DNA of 64,000 nt from Utricularia gibba (lineage: Eukaryota > Plantae > Magnoliophyta), in contig NEEC01000017.1 of NCBI GenBank assembly GCA_002189035.1, positions 682,001-746,000 of the forward strand, written 5' to 3'. Under the pieces are notes generated by a model, which did no database searches, was not told where the DNA came from, and worked only from the letters and a program-made list of their open reading frames with translations. The first letter of the stretch is position 1. The number at the start of each line of letters is the position of its first letter. Both the position numbers and the translations under genes were made by a program. Of this stretch, positions 38,365-50,678 are shown piece by piece.

Positions 38365-38924
38365 ATGGCGTCCGATTCCACCAACACCGGCGAGAGGCAC
38401 AGGAGCTTGGACCAGGAGATCAAGGAACTCATCTCCGCCCTCACCAGCCGTCTCGCCACCATCCACCACCACCAAAAACCAGGCTCCCATGACCATGCAC
38501 TCGACGATGAGCAGGGAATCAGGTGACAAAATAGTATCCCAATGAAGAGCCCTCGATCAGCCCATTCGTTAGAATAATTGAATTTATCAAATGAACGACC
38601 AGGATCATCACCCTGGCGGGGAGCAACGTGGGAGCCACCATGCGCGGCTCCGCCGAGGAGAGGCCGCCGGGGAGTCAGGAACAAGAGGAGTTGGCCACTT
38701 ACATCAACAGCAACTTCCAGGCGATCAACAATTCCGTGATGTTGGGCGGCAGCTACCGAACCAACGATCCCGGCGTCCATCTCGATATCTCCGACCACAT
38801 GGAGCCCAATCACGGCGCCCTGAAACACCGGAGAGGAGGGACAGTAGACCACCATCACCCTGCTGCTCATGAGCAGGAGAAAAGGGGCGACGGAGAGCAA
38901 ACTCCGGTGATCACCGAAGAATGA
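38365..38924 (+). CDS. Uncharacterised plant protein (159 aa)
   Basis: Exons 38365-38522 and 38603-38924 join in frame (QGIR/IITLAGSNVGATM). Contains LATYINSNFQAINNSVMLGGSYRTNDPGVHL, a motif of a conserved plant family of unknown function. Confidence 0.8.
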
Positions 38925-39757
38925 GCACTGTATTATTATGTTTCATTTTGCATTGTTGAGCTGATAGCATGTGCTGTGTGTGCCTTAAGCTGGAGAATAA
39001 CAGCATGCATCCTTTTGGCGATGCGCGAACTGGAAAATAAAGGGAGCGTCTTGTTTCAGAAGTAATTATTACATAACATAAATTTCTTTATTTTAGATTA
39101 AAAATTTAAAGAATATATATTAAATAAACAAGCACAGACCCAAAATTCATTATATGGGTTAGGCTTTGTAAGAATACGGGATGGGGCGACCCGGGTCCGG
39201 TTCATAGTGTGTGGCGGCTTGGAGAAAGTTACTTAGTGGGCTGAGCCTTTGGATTCGTGATTACTTGTCCTAATGGATCTGAATTAAAGCCTCAAAAACA
39301 AGAAAAAGTTGCGGCCCAGAAATAGAATGAGCCCATTAATAGATGTTATATATATGTTAGCCCGTAAAATATTATGCGTATTCGACAGCTTCTTACAGAT
39401 ACACTCGCTTCACCCTTACGCGACTTCGCCCTGGTGTATCTTTCCTCCGGACTCACTCCTTGACTATCCTTCCCCTGCTGTATGTTTGATTATCTTCTGC
39501 GCTCAGCATTCTTGAACTTCTGTTACGCGGCAATGTAATTCTCGTACAATGGAAAAAAATATGGCGTTTTTTTAGTAAGGGTTCTCTCTTTTTGAAGTAT
39601 CCCGCTGTAGTAGATTGTTTTCCGGGCTTGGAATGTGTTTTCGCGTTCGTTATTTCTGCTGAATTTGATTTTGTTTTACCTTTTAACCGAGTTTGGTTGA
39701 TTTTCTTTCTTGTTTTCAGATCTAGATCAGCTACACCGTGCCCTGGATTGCTGAATC

Positions 39758-42700
39758 ATGTTTGGTAGTAATCGTAAGTGCTTATTTTGCACAAAATGGG
39801 TGATACTGTAGGAATTTTCCTTAGGTTTCATTTAATTTTTCTTGCCGATGGCGGGGGTGGCATTTGCCCCTGGGTACAACCGCACAATCACACAGCTACT
39901 TGTTGAGGTAAACTTTTTTCTGCTATTCTTGTTGTGCTGATCTTTTGTGGTCTCCTGGCAGCTTTTGGGCAGTCCACATCAAGCCCCTTTGGGTCGCAAC
40001 CTGCCTTTGGGCAGACTAGCAGTGCTACCAATAACCCATTTGCCCCAAAGCCCTTCGGAAGTACAAGTCCTTTTAATTCGCAGACTGGAAGTTCCATCTT
40101 TGGTGGCATGTCTTCATCTGCTTTGGGTTCCTCTTCTGCGTTTGGAAGCCCTACACCAGCATTTGGGGCTCAATCTGCTTCTGCCTTTGGGAGTTCAACT
40201 ACTGCGTCTGGCGGTATGTGCGCCAGTGTGCATAGCTAAAGTGTTTTTCTTTCTTTCTTTTGGTGCACCAGCACTTGGTTAGGGCTACTTGCGGATTTTC
40301 ATTATATTTTCAAAGCTTGCAATATGGATCATATTTTATGCTATCGCCTAAAGAACTGTTAGTCATAAGATTTGTGTAGCCAGCATGACTAACAAAAGAA
40401 TGCTCGACATTGGCGATTCATTTTTTTAAAATGTATAAACCGTACGTTTTTGTTTTAGTTGTCAAACCAATCTGCCAGTGTGGTTTTCGTTCTTCATTGT
40501 TTTCTTGCTTCACGTTAATTGGAGCATGCTGGCTTTCAGTTACTATTTCAATTTTGGTTTCATTATAATTATTTTTGCACACTGTTTTTCCTCCTCTCTT
40601 GGGCATAAACATCACGTATCTCCGCGTACCTTATTTTCCCAGGCTCCTCTTTATTTGGGCAAAAACCAGCTTTTGGTGGTTTTGGATCTAGTACTACACC
40701 AACGAGTCCTTTTGGGGTTCATTTCAGCAATCACAACCAGCTTTTGGTAGCAACGTTTTTGGTTCATCTTCTCCCTTTGGTGGCCCTACTCAGCCTTCAT
40801 TTGGTTCTATGAGCACTTCTGCATTTGGTGCATCAAGTACTCCTGCCTTTGGCTCCACTACCCCAGCCTTTGGTTCTACTGCAACTCCGGTGTTTGGAAG
40901 CACAAGTGGTGGCTTTGGCTTGTCAACACCGTTTGGATCAAGTACTCCTGCATTTGGTTCAACTTCCACTCCTGCATTTGGTGCCACAAGTAGTCCTTCC
41001 TTTGGGAGCACTCCTGCATTCGGCTCAACAAGCACTCCTTTGTTCGGTTCCTCAAGTTCTCCTGCGTTTGGTACCACAGGTGTTCTTGGGTTTGGAACTC
41101 CTACAGCTTCTTCTTTTAATGTCAGTCCCAGTCCTGCATTTGGCCAATCAACACCTGCCTTTGGTAGTAGTCCATTTGGCACAACATCAGGTTTTGGTGC
41201 GCAAACGACTTCCTTTGGTAAGTTTTTTATGCACATGCTATAATGCACTTTATTTAGTAACCATACTACCAATGTATTATTTATAGCAGGGTTTCAGTCA
41301 CAGATTTGCGCTCATTTAGTTTGATTTTCCTACATGTATGACCTAGGTTCACGTCCTTCCAAAACATATCGCATTGATATCGTCCGTCTGTCACTTGCAA
41401 TTAATCGGATAGAAGTTTTTTAATTGCTCAACCATTCTTTATGGGAGATCTTACAACATTTTCTTCCAGGTACACAGGCTACGTCACCAAGCTTTGGTGC
41501 TTTTGGTCAGTCTACATTTGGTGTGCAGCGTGGAGGTAGCAGGGTAACCCCCTATGCACAAGTGGCTGAGACAGATGGTGCCCCAGGTTCACAGCCATCT
41601 GGGAAGCTATTATCCATTTCAGCTATGCCAGTTTACAAGGAGAAAAGCCATGAGGAACTTCGATGGGAGGACTACCAGTTAGGGGATAAAGGTTCGTATA
41701 ATGTGTATTAATCATTAAAGTATTCTTTAGTTAAAAAATATTACTAATTGATTTTCTGTGGATTCCAGGTGGTCAGGCCCCTGCCAGCCAGACTATTTCC
41801 AGTGCTGGCTTTAGTAGTCCGGGTTTTGTCTCTTCATCGCCTTCTTTTGCTCAGTCTTCTGCCAACCCTTTCTCTACTTCAACATCTTCCAATCCATTTG
41901 CCCCCAAAGCCCCTGCATTTAGCACCTCAAGCTTTGCGGCTACACCTCAATTTAGCCCTTCGCCGTTTGCAGCATCAAGTGCATCAAACGTCTTTTCTTT
42001 ACCAACGTCAACACCAACTTCGTTATTTTCTCCTGCAACCCAATCTGTAGGGCTTAATACATCTCTTTTTAGCACTCCAAGCACATCTGGATTTGCACAA
42101 CAATCTCTCTTTAGCACTCCAACAGCACCGGGACCTGCACCCAGTGCACTGAATTTTCCAAGCACACAATCTTCCCCTTTATTCCAATCATCTGCACAGT
42201 CACCTCTTCAAACGAGTTCTCTGTTTAGTCAGACCCCTGCATTCAGCCAGACTTCATCTTGGATGAGCCAGCCAAGTTTGTTTTCTGCACCATCAACTGG
42301 ATTTAGTAATCTTTTCTCCGGCTCGTCACTCTTCAGTCAACCTATGGTGAGTTCTTATTTGTATTGTGTTTATTGACTTTTTTACTAAAGTTAAAACAAG
42401 TCATCAGTATCGAAAGACCTTGTATGTGGTGTCTGCTGGCTGTTTGACCTATATATCTGAGATTGTACTCTTTTAAGTTGTTTTATAATAATCTGATCAC
42501 AATTCAATTGTTTCGAACCCTAGTCTCATTGTTAAAGTAAAAAAAAAAAAATTAAACTCATGGTTTTAGTTGAGTTGGCAAATAACGGAAAATTGTATTG
42601 GCTGATTTGTTACGAAATCCGTGTATTTGTCAGTTTACCTCAAGAAATAACCCATTAGTTGGTGTGCTATTTTTCGTTTTTAAATTGTGTAGCGTTCATG

Positions 42701-45063
42701 CATTTTCCTTCTTGATATTCTATGATTGATTTTTTTGGTTGACCTTTTTCCCCTTGCAGACCTCTCTCAGCAGTCCATTTCAGTCGGCACAACCTTCTCA
42801 AAGTTTCAGTCCATTTAATATTAGCAGCTCTGGACTGTTACAATCAGGTTAATTAGCATCCTGATTATATACCTCACTCTTGGTAACAAGTTCCTGAATT
42901 GATGGCTTCTGTTTTGTTTTTTTGGGATGCTTCCATCCGGTGCAGGTGGCTTTACAGGACTTTTTGCCAATGCTCCATCTGGGCATCCGTACGTTTATTG
43001 CCTCATCTATTGTCATTCTTTGGTTTGGCTAGGTTACGACAAGCTGTATATGCATGCTATGGATCCTTCTTTTTTTAGTTGTCAGTTTTTTTTCTTCTAG
43101 TTTTGGATTTTAATGCATTTCCTTCACAGATCGAGTATTGCTCAAGGTCCTGTGGTTGCACAAGTAGCTTCAGTGGCAAACCCATTTGGAACTTTGCCTG
43201 CCATGCCTCAAATGTCAATTGGTCGCTCAGGTGTTTCTCCATCAATTCAGTATGGGATATCAAACTTGCCGGTGAGAAATTTTATAGTAGTTTTGCATCA
43301 TTCTCGACTTCATGGCTACTTTATGCGTCAAAGGATAATAATTGATTACTTCTTATGCTGCTAGCAGGCAGTTGACAAACCAGCACCTGTAAGGATTTCA
43401 TCACTCTTGACATCTCGGCATTTTTCCCAGAGGCGTTTTCGCCTTCCTGTGAGGAAATATAACCCGAAGACAAATGGTCCCAAGGTGGTTATCATGTATT
43501 TTACCGTGTATGGCTGTCACAATCAAGTATTCCTGGCTTCTGAGCTTCAAGCTTCTTGAATACACTTTTTCTCATAGATTACACAGCATTTTAGCTACTG
43601 GACATGCCAGGCACTATTATATTCACAAATGTCGTAATGCTGGAAATTAATTCTTCGTGTGCTCCCCGGCAGGTGCCATTTTTCAATGATGATGAAGAAA
43701 CACCCAGCACTCCAAAGGCGGATGCTTTTTTTGTTCCAAGGGAGAATCCTAGAGCTCTTGTAATTCGTCCTATTGATTCGTGGCCTCCTAGATCTGCAGA
43801 AAAGAAAAAGGAAGCGGCTCCTCATGATTTTGAAAATGGTGAGCACTAGTCTGTTCGCCCAAGGATTGAGTGTTCTCATGCATCCTATATGGCTTATCTA
43901 TTGAAAATGGTTTGTAGTGATTATGCTGTTACTATCAGGTGCGTCTTTTGTTTTGATAAAACTGGTTTTAATTGATGAACTAAGGTCCAAACTCACAGGA
44001 TGTGACCTAGTGGACAAGGCCATTGTTATGTGCTATATAGGTGTATGTGTGAGGCCTTGGTCTAGCTGTTGCTGTTAGATGTTATTGCGTAACTCTCGAA
44101 TGTTTGATTCGAGAGGTTATATTTTAGGTTCATTTTGAGTCGTGTTGAATTGTGCCTCTAAATGCTTGCTTATGGTGGATCTCAGCCCCTGCATTTCTAT
44201 ATATATTATTCTTACGGTTTTGTTGGTGACAACAGGTAAATCTCATCCGCATGATCACAAGACCAACGACAAAGGAGGTTAGAGTTAATTGAGAAATCGC
44301 AGCATCTTCATTTACGTAAAACATCTGAAAAACCTAGACATTCTCGTATCTTATGACTGAATCTGCTAAAGTTGGTGGTTCAGATGTCTCCCAAGGGAGA
44401 GAATCCAATGGACAAGCTGAAGACCATTCTAGCTATTCAAGTGGGAAGAAAAAGCCTGGTGGAGATGCTCCTACCGCTGAGGAACGAAAGATCAAAGCTG
44501 GTGAAGCAGCCGTTGCATATGAACCCGGCGCCGATACCAAGACACAGCTGCCAAAGCTTCTGCACTCTGACTATTACATGGAACCTGGACTCGCGGAGTT
44601 GGCTGCCAAGGAAAGAGCTGAACCAGGTTTCTGCAGCCATGTGAAGAACTTTGTGGTTGGGAGGAAGGGCTATGGCAGCATCAAGTTTTTGGGGGAGACG
44701 GATGTCCGGGGCCTCGACCTGGATTCCATAGTCCAGTTCAATGATCGAGAGGTTTTAGTGTACATGGACGACAGCATGAAACCCCCCGTTGGGCAAGGCC
44801 TGAACAAACCAGCAGAGATGACACTTCTCAACATAAAATGCATCGACAAGAAGACAGGCCAGGCTTGCACCGAGGGGCCCCGAATCGACAAATACAAAGC
44901 TATTCTCAGAAAGAAAGCTGAGGATCAAGGCGCTGAATATGTTTCGTTTGATCCTGTGAAAGGGGAGTGGAAATTTCGGGTGAGCCACTTCAGCAGTTAC
45001 AGTTTATTAGAGGAGGAGGACGATGATGATGATGATGATGATGATGAAGGTACTCGTCCTTGA
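39758..45063 (+). CDS. NUP98: Nuclear pore complex protein NUP98A-like (FG repeats, GLEBS, autopeptidase domain); one apparent 1-nt frameshift
   Basis: MFGSN start, dense PAFG/FG repeats, GLEBS-like [45 protein letters not shown], and C-terminal WKFRVSHFS. Confidence 0.95.
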
Positions 45064-45917
45064 GCAATCAAACTTGAACTTGTGGATTGTGTCTGCGTGT
45101 CTGCATGCTGATTAGGTGGTTTTGTCTGAGTTAGCCGTCATTGTGTTGGTTCCTTTTTCTTTCTTTGTAATAGTACCAAGTTTTTTAACTTCGCAGGTAC
45201 GGGTTAAAAGTTTTTTACTGTACAATGCTCGTCACCTACGTAAAAGTATATTATTATTATTATTATTACATGGATATGTATGTATTTAGAAACCATTCCT
45301 TCAATGGATTGGAACCAAGTAGTTATTTTGTATTGCTTTTTTAATAATATTAAAAAATGTATTGAATTAAGATCATTTCCAAAAAGTATGATAATTAAAC
45401 AATTTTTTATATCTTTTTGGAAATTTGTATATTATGGGCTATGTTTCAAACAATTTTTGTTGTTAAATAAATATTTTTTAAATAAATATTTTATAAATAA
45501 TTTTGTTATTAAATATGAATAATGTTAGAATAAATAACATGATTGTTTTAATCTTATTTAAGAAAATTTTCATGAAAATGTAAATTATGAAAATTGAGTA
45601 TAGAATATTGTACACAAAAGAGTCCTTGGCATTAAAACCAAATGCAGCAATGAATTCATGACTTGTGTCTTTTTGTTGAGACGATAATGGGCTCTTTAAG
45701 GGTATGTAAAGCATCTGGTGGATAATGGGCCTCATATAGAAGAAGTGGGGTCCAGTAATGGATGAAGGTGGTGTTCCGACTGCATCGTGGTGCTTCTGTT
45801 GATACACACTACAAAGACAGGAAGGAGTTCGTTACATGTCCGAGGCTAATACATACCATACAACAGATGCTGGTCGTCCGTCGAGCATCCCGCACCCTCT
45901 TCTTCCTTCCCGTAGTA

Positions 45918-45965
45918 GAAGAAGAAGAAGAAGAAGAAGAAGAAGATGATGATGATGATGATGAT
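45918..45965. repeat. Compound microsatellite (GAA)9(GAT)7 just past the ARF stop codon
   Basis: Read directly from the sequence. Confidence 0.95.
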
Positions 45966-45977
45966 GTGAATGATTTC

Positions 45978-48900
45978 TTACTGGTACTGCTGGAGAACTA
46001 GTTGACTTTTAACAGACGTGGGAAGATTGAGCCCCTGCTTTCCCATCTGCTGCACTTCCACAGGGGATAGAATCTTGATGCACCATACATTATTTACAAA
46101 TTCCCTGGTCAGCAGAGCAACAAGCATCAAGCATCAAGCATCACCCAGGAGAAGAACATCGACTGAAGAGGTAGGTTGGTGTACTTACTGCCAAGGGTCA
46201 TCACCCAGGAGAAGAACATCGTTCTCCCGGTCGACAAATACAAGCTGCCAGCCTGATCTCTGAGGGTCCTCCAGAAGGCCTTCGAGTCCGAACATGCGAG
46301 CCAGTTCACTCCGCAGCTCGCTGTAGTTGCTGAACTTGGAGATATCTAGTGACCGCCCAAACGTTCCTGACTTGTGAACCTGGATAATAAGCACATGTTC
46401 AAGATTAAAGTTAGGCTTGTAATGCTTGATAACCACCGCCCAAAAGTGCCTTTCAGGATCAACAAAAAGCACAGGTTCTTGTAAAACTGATTAATCAACA
46501 AGAGAGCAAGACATTGTGCCAAATGTGAATTCACCTTGACGAAGGCACTGGGAGTTGTGTTGTCATGATCCAGATTTTCTTTCGAGTGAAAGAAACCTGA
46601 TTCATCAACACAGCTCGAGGCTGTAACATCCAAGTTCAGAGGAACACTCGCAAATGCAGGAGATGAATACGGCAGAGAGAGTGACTCTCCCCCACCATTT
46701 CTTGTGGTAGATACACCATTCAGAATATTTGATGGCAAATCAGTGTTCACCCCAAACGAGAAATTGGCATCAGAGTGGGTGACCCCTCTGAACTCTTGGA
46801 GCTCTCTGGGTGGTAGAGGAGGAAACAAAGCTGTGAGATCTGAGGTGCTTTGGGTAAACAGTTGCTCTGGATTTGGAAACCCATATCCAGAGGCTTTGGA
46901 AGGAGGCTCTGGGTCTAATGCTGATGGTTTTGGTAATGGTGAAGGTGAGATGAGTGGATTTCCATGCGAGTCCACATGGCACAATGCCCTTCGGATGAAA
47001 ATGAGCTGAGGAGTCTCTGCATGGAAGAACTGTTATTCGCAGGCACATTGTTTTCATTGATGTTAGCAGAGCTCTGACGCTTCACACCTGATGAGATCAT
47101 CAGATGGCTAATGGGTGACTGAGAATCGGAACCTGCATCAGGGAAACCAGGTATAGCCTTCACAGCCTGCTGATAAGGAGGTAGGGGATGCAGACTCTCC
47201 GACTGCTGGAAACATTGCTGTTGCTGTGGCAGATTCATCAATGGCTGAGAGCCTTGCAACTGTGGTAGAAACTGGGCCTGAGCTACACTATTGTTTTCTG
47301 GAACATCGTGGGATAAACCCGGCTGAGTCTGTGACTGTTGCAACACTCGGCTCTGCAGCATAGATGCAGGGATTTGATTTCCAATTCCATGCAACTGCAG
47401 AAAGGGCTGACTGGCTAGTTTTGATGGGTCCATTGAACCCGCCTGCTGGAAAGCAGCAGCTGCCATTACTTGATAAATGTCATTTTGTGAACCACAGAGG
47501 GGCTGTGCTTGTATAAAGGGAGATGCTCCGAACCCCTGGAAATTCATCGATTGCAGGTATTGATCTCTTGCACCTCCTTGGAGCCACGTAGTTGGACTAC
47601 TCAGGCTCATATCACCATCTTTAAATGCTGTAACAGAACATGTCATTTTTTTAGAAGGATGAACCCAAGTCACAAACAAGTTGACCAGTCTGTAATAAGA
47701 AATAATTTAACAGGTTCATAAAATTTTACCAGGAAATAACGGCAATCCTGATGGCCAAGGTCTCTTCAGTCTCATAGAAAAAGGAGATGGATACATGGGA
47801 AAAGTAGTCAGCGGCTCAATTTCCCACAAAGACACTCTTTGCTGCTTTTCCCCAGCAGTTGATTCATCCCATCCAACCTGATATACATGAAAATTTGTAA
47901 AAAAAACTTCAAGAGATGAGATCCCTTTTGAGTCTTCAAAGAACACTCTATACTGCGCCAAATCAAAATGATGCACCCTTTTTAGATACTGATGTTTCAT
48001 GTGAAGGTTAATGATGATGACCACGTGATTGAAAACTCACAGGTAAGAGTTTTTTTGGAATGTTTTTCATCCACAAAAGGAGACTTCGAAAAAGATAGAA
48101 AGAAAACAACAAGGTTTTCATGAGGAGCGCGGACACTTTGCATTCATAAAAAAGAGAAGAATAATTCTGAGAATTGAAAGCTTGATGCAGAGTATATACC
48201 TTAACTGATCGCCAGAATGAGTTAGGCCAGTGAACCGGGTCAAAATCACTTATACCAAGAATCGTACCCATGTACCTGAAACAATTGGGTTTTATCAACA
48301 GAATTCGAAGCCAGCATCAATGGGGTATTATTAACATGAGGGTTCCCATTAACAGAATACTTTTTAAAGCGCGCGATGAAAAACTTGAAGTTTTGGAGGG
48401 TGTCAACTCTAATTCCTAATGATGATGCAAATAAGGAATCTAAAAAGTATGACACTTACCGGCGAACACTTGACTCTTCAGTTTCAAAGAGCATGCGAAA
48501 ACGCATACCTACTGAAACTCTTGTGTGGTAAACTGCTTTCGCATATCTAGCTAAAGGTATCACAAATTCTGATGGACTCGCTCTGAAAGTATAGATTTCA
48601 AATGTGAAAATGAATTGGTTACCACTTGCATAGCAAGACAGAGAGATGCTACCTTGGATTGTAAAATATGTTAAAACGGCTGTTTGTTGCTACTGCATGA
48701 GCTGCCGCAGCAAGAAGACCAATGTGCATGTTATCATTCGACAGCACTGAAGATGACATAACTGTTTGAGGTCGAGTAGCCCGTCGAATACCCAGAAGCA
48801 GCTGATTGTCTTCATCCCTGATAAAACAGAATAAAAAGAGATGTCGGTACTATATGCACAAGTGAGCAATTCAGAATTGAATATCATACACGTACCAGAT

Positions 48901-50678
48901 AAATATAACAGAATCCCCGGCGGCAAGCTTTTTTGCACTCACAAAGACGCTCCATCCAGTAGTAAGGAGATGGCGTTTTGGCTGGCCTACAAATTTGTTT
49001 AAACACTAAAGCATTCAGCTCACTCAACACTCAAACCAGAAACTTTAAAATCATATAAACGCCCAAAACAATGTCTTTAAAAATGCTAAAGCGACTCATT
49101 GCAACCCACCTCTAAAAATATGTCTGAACTTCCACTCACTTCCATGAAGATCCTTCGCAATCAATTCTTGAGCAGGAGGGGTTTGGGAGTAGTCCTAAAA
49201 TAGAAAATATCAAGCTTGTAGAGGCTAATGAAAGAAAACTGCGAATGTGAGAAAATGCTCCAATGGAAACATACAAGTGCAGGAAACACTTTCTCAGCAG
49301 CACGACGAGGGACTGAAAACCCACCATGGGTGCTGGTATCACTAGCAGTTAATGTCTTACAAAAATAATTTGTAGGCTGCTTGCTGGCGTTCCCAAGCTC
49401 TGCTGGTAAGAGGCATATATCCTTTTGCTCTTGCTAAACACACGCGTGGACTTAATTACAAAATGAAATTATCTACAGAAAAATATAAAAAAGACAAGTA
49501 AGCTCGTACAGGAGTGAGCGGCTGCAATGTCATCTGAGCATAAACTTCATCTGTTTCAACATCTGCCTGCAATGTCCAATACATCTTCTCTCCATATCAT
49601 GAGGAAGATTTAAAATAACCCCATCAAGACAGCCTGCAACTTACATGCATTGTCACATTATGAAGCTGGCATATCAGCTGAGGCTGTAAGCCAGGATAGC
49701 TAGGGACACTAGCATATGAGTCCTTGTTAGTAGATGCAGCAACCTGCAAACAGGATTGGATATTGTACAGTAAACTTCATCACAGAACCAGAATCAACAA
49801 TTTCAAAGGATGATTCTAGTTGATGCAGGCCAGTGATTAATATTTGAAACTCAAAAGCTGATTGTAAATAAATCCTGCTAACTGATCTAAAAAATCCCAC
49901 CGCAAATCAGTAATATTTGCATCCCTAGTCCTAATGCAGGCACTGAAAACTAAGAATTGATAACGCATCTCGAAAAACAATCATCTTGTAAAAAGACACC
50001 AGAGCTTTGTTAACCATCACTATACTGAATGCTTGGGGTGCATGAGGATTTCAGGAAACATGTATATGGGTATGGTTGACTATCAAGCAACACACATCCA
50101 GATTCAGGTGCCAAACTTGGTACGACTTATCAACTTCAGAAGAATAACCACGACTGTAAATCTTCAGCGTGAACTAAAGTTTAGATTTTTAGAGTCAAAT
50201 TTGAGAATAAAAGGCAGTCGAAATATAAATCTGGGGATATTGATCACGAAAAAAAATATAGATTTTAAAACACAACCATCAGCTTTGAAAAGCATGACAG
50301 AATCTACTGCACAGACACCAAAATCAGAACAAAATACACTGAAAATAAACAAATCGAGGATTGTAAACTAAAATCATCAAGAACAAACCTGCTCGCTGTG
50401 TCCTTGAGGAAAGTAAACAACCCGGCTTCCTATTGGAGGAAGTGAAACAAGAGGGCCAGCACAAGCATGCCAGAGCTCCGAGTTCAAGCATTTCTCCTCA
50501 GCTGCCATCATCCAACCAAGAGAACAAACACATACACAAGCCTTAAGATGAGAATTTGCACTAAAACTCCATCGGACACAACAAAAGAAGTAAAACAAAT
50601 AAGATACAGGTATGGCAAACCTTCCTCTGCTTGAGAATTCAACGCACAGCCACTAGAAAACGAACCGGACAACCTCAT
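45978..50678 (-). CDS. ARF6: Auxin response factor, ARF6-like (B3 DBD, Q-rich middle region, PB1); one apparent 1-nt frameshift
   Basis: Exon 1 (50678-50621) MRLSGSFSS; [60 protein letters not shown] (ARF6-like rather than ARF8-like), and PB1 [28 protein letters not shown]. Confidence 0.93.
46240..46260 (-). promoter_or_regulatory. miR167 target site in ARF6-like coding sequence
   Basis: mRNA-sense GAGATCAGGCTGGCAGCTTGT, the canonical ARF6/8 site complementary to miR167 (UGAAGCUGCCAGCAUGAUCUA). Confidence 0.9.

Noticed and set aside
39533-39538. ATG-TAA minimal uORF upstream of NUP98
   Set aside because: Lies within a probable 5' UTR intron (GTATGT at about 39480 to TTTCAG at about 39719).
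40809-41243. Regularly repeated PAFG-coding units resembling a repeat array
   Set aside because: Explained by NUP98 FG repeats; not CRISPR-like, as there are no spacers.
45762-46001. 79-aa plus-strand ORF with E9D7 tract
   Set aside because: Produced by the microsatellite, antisense to the ARF6 3' end.
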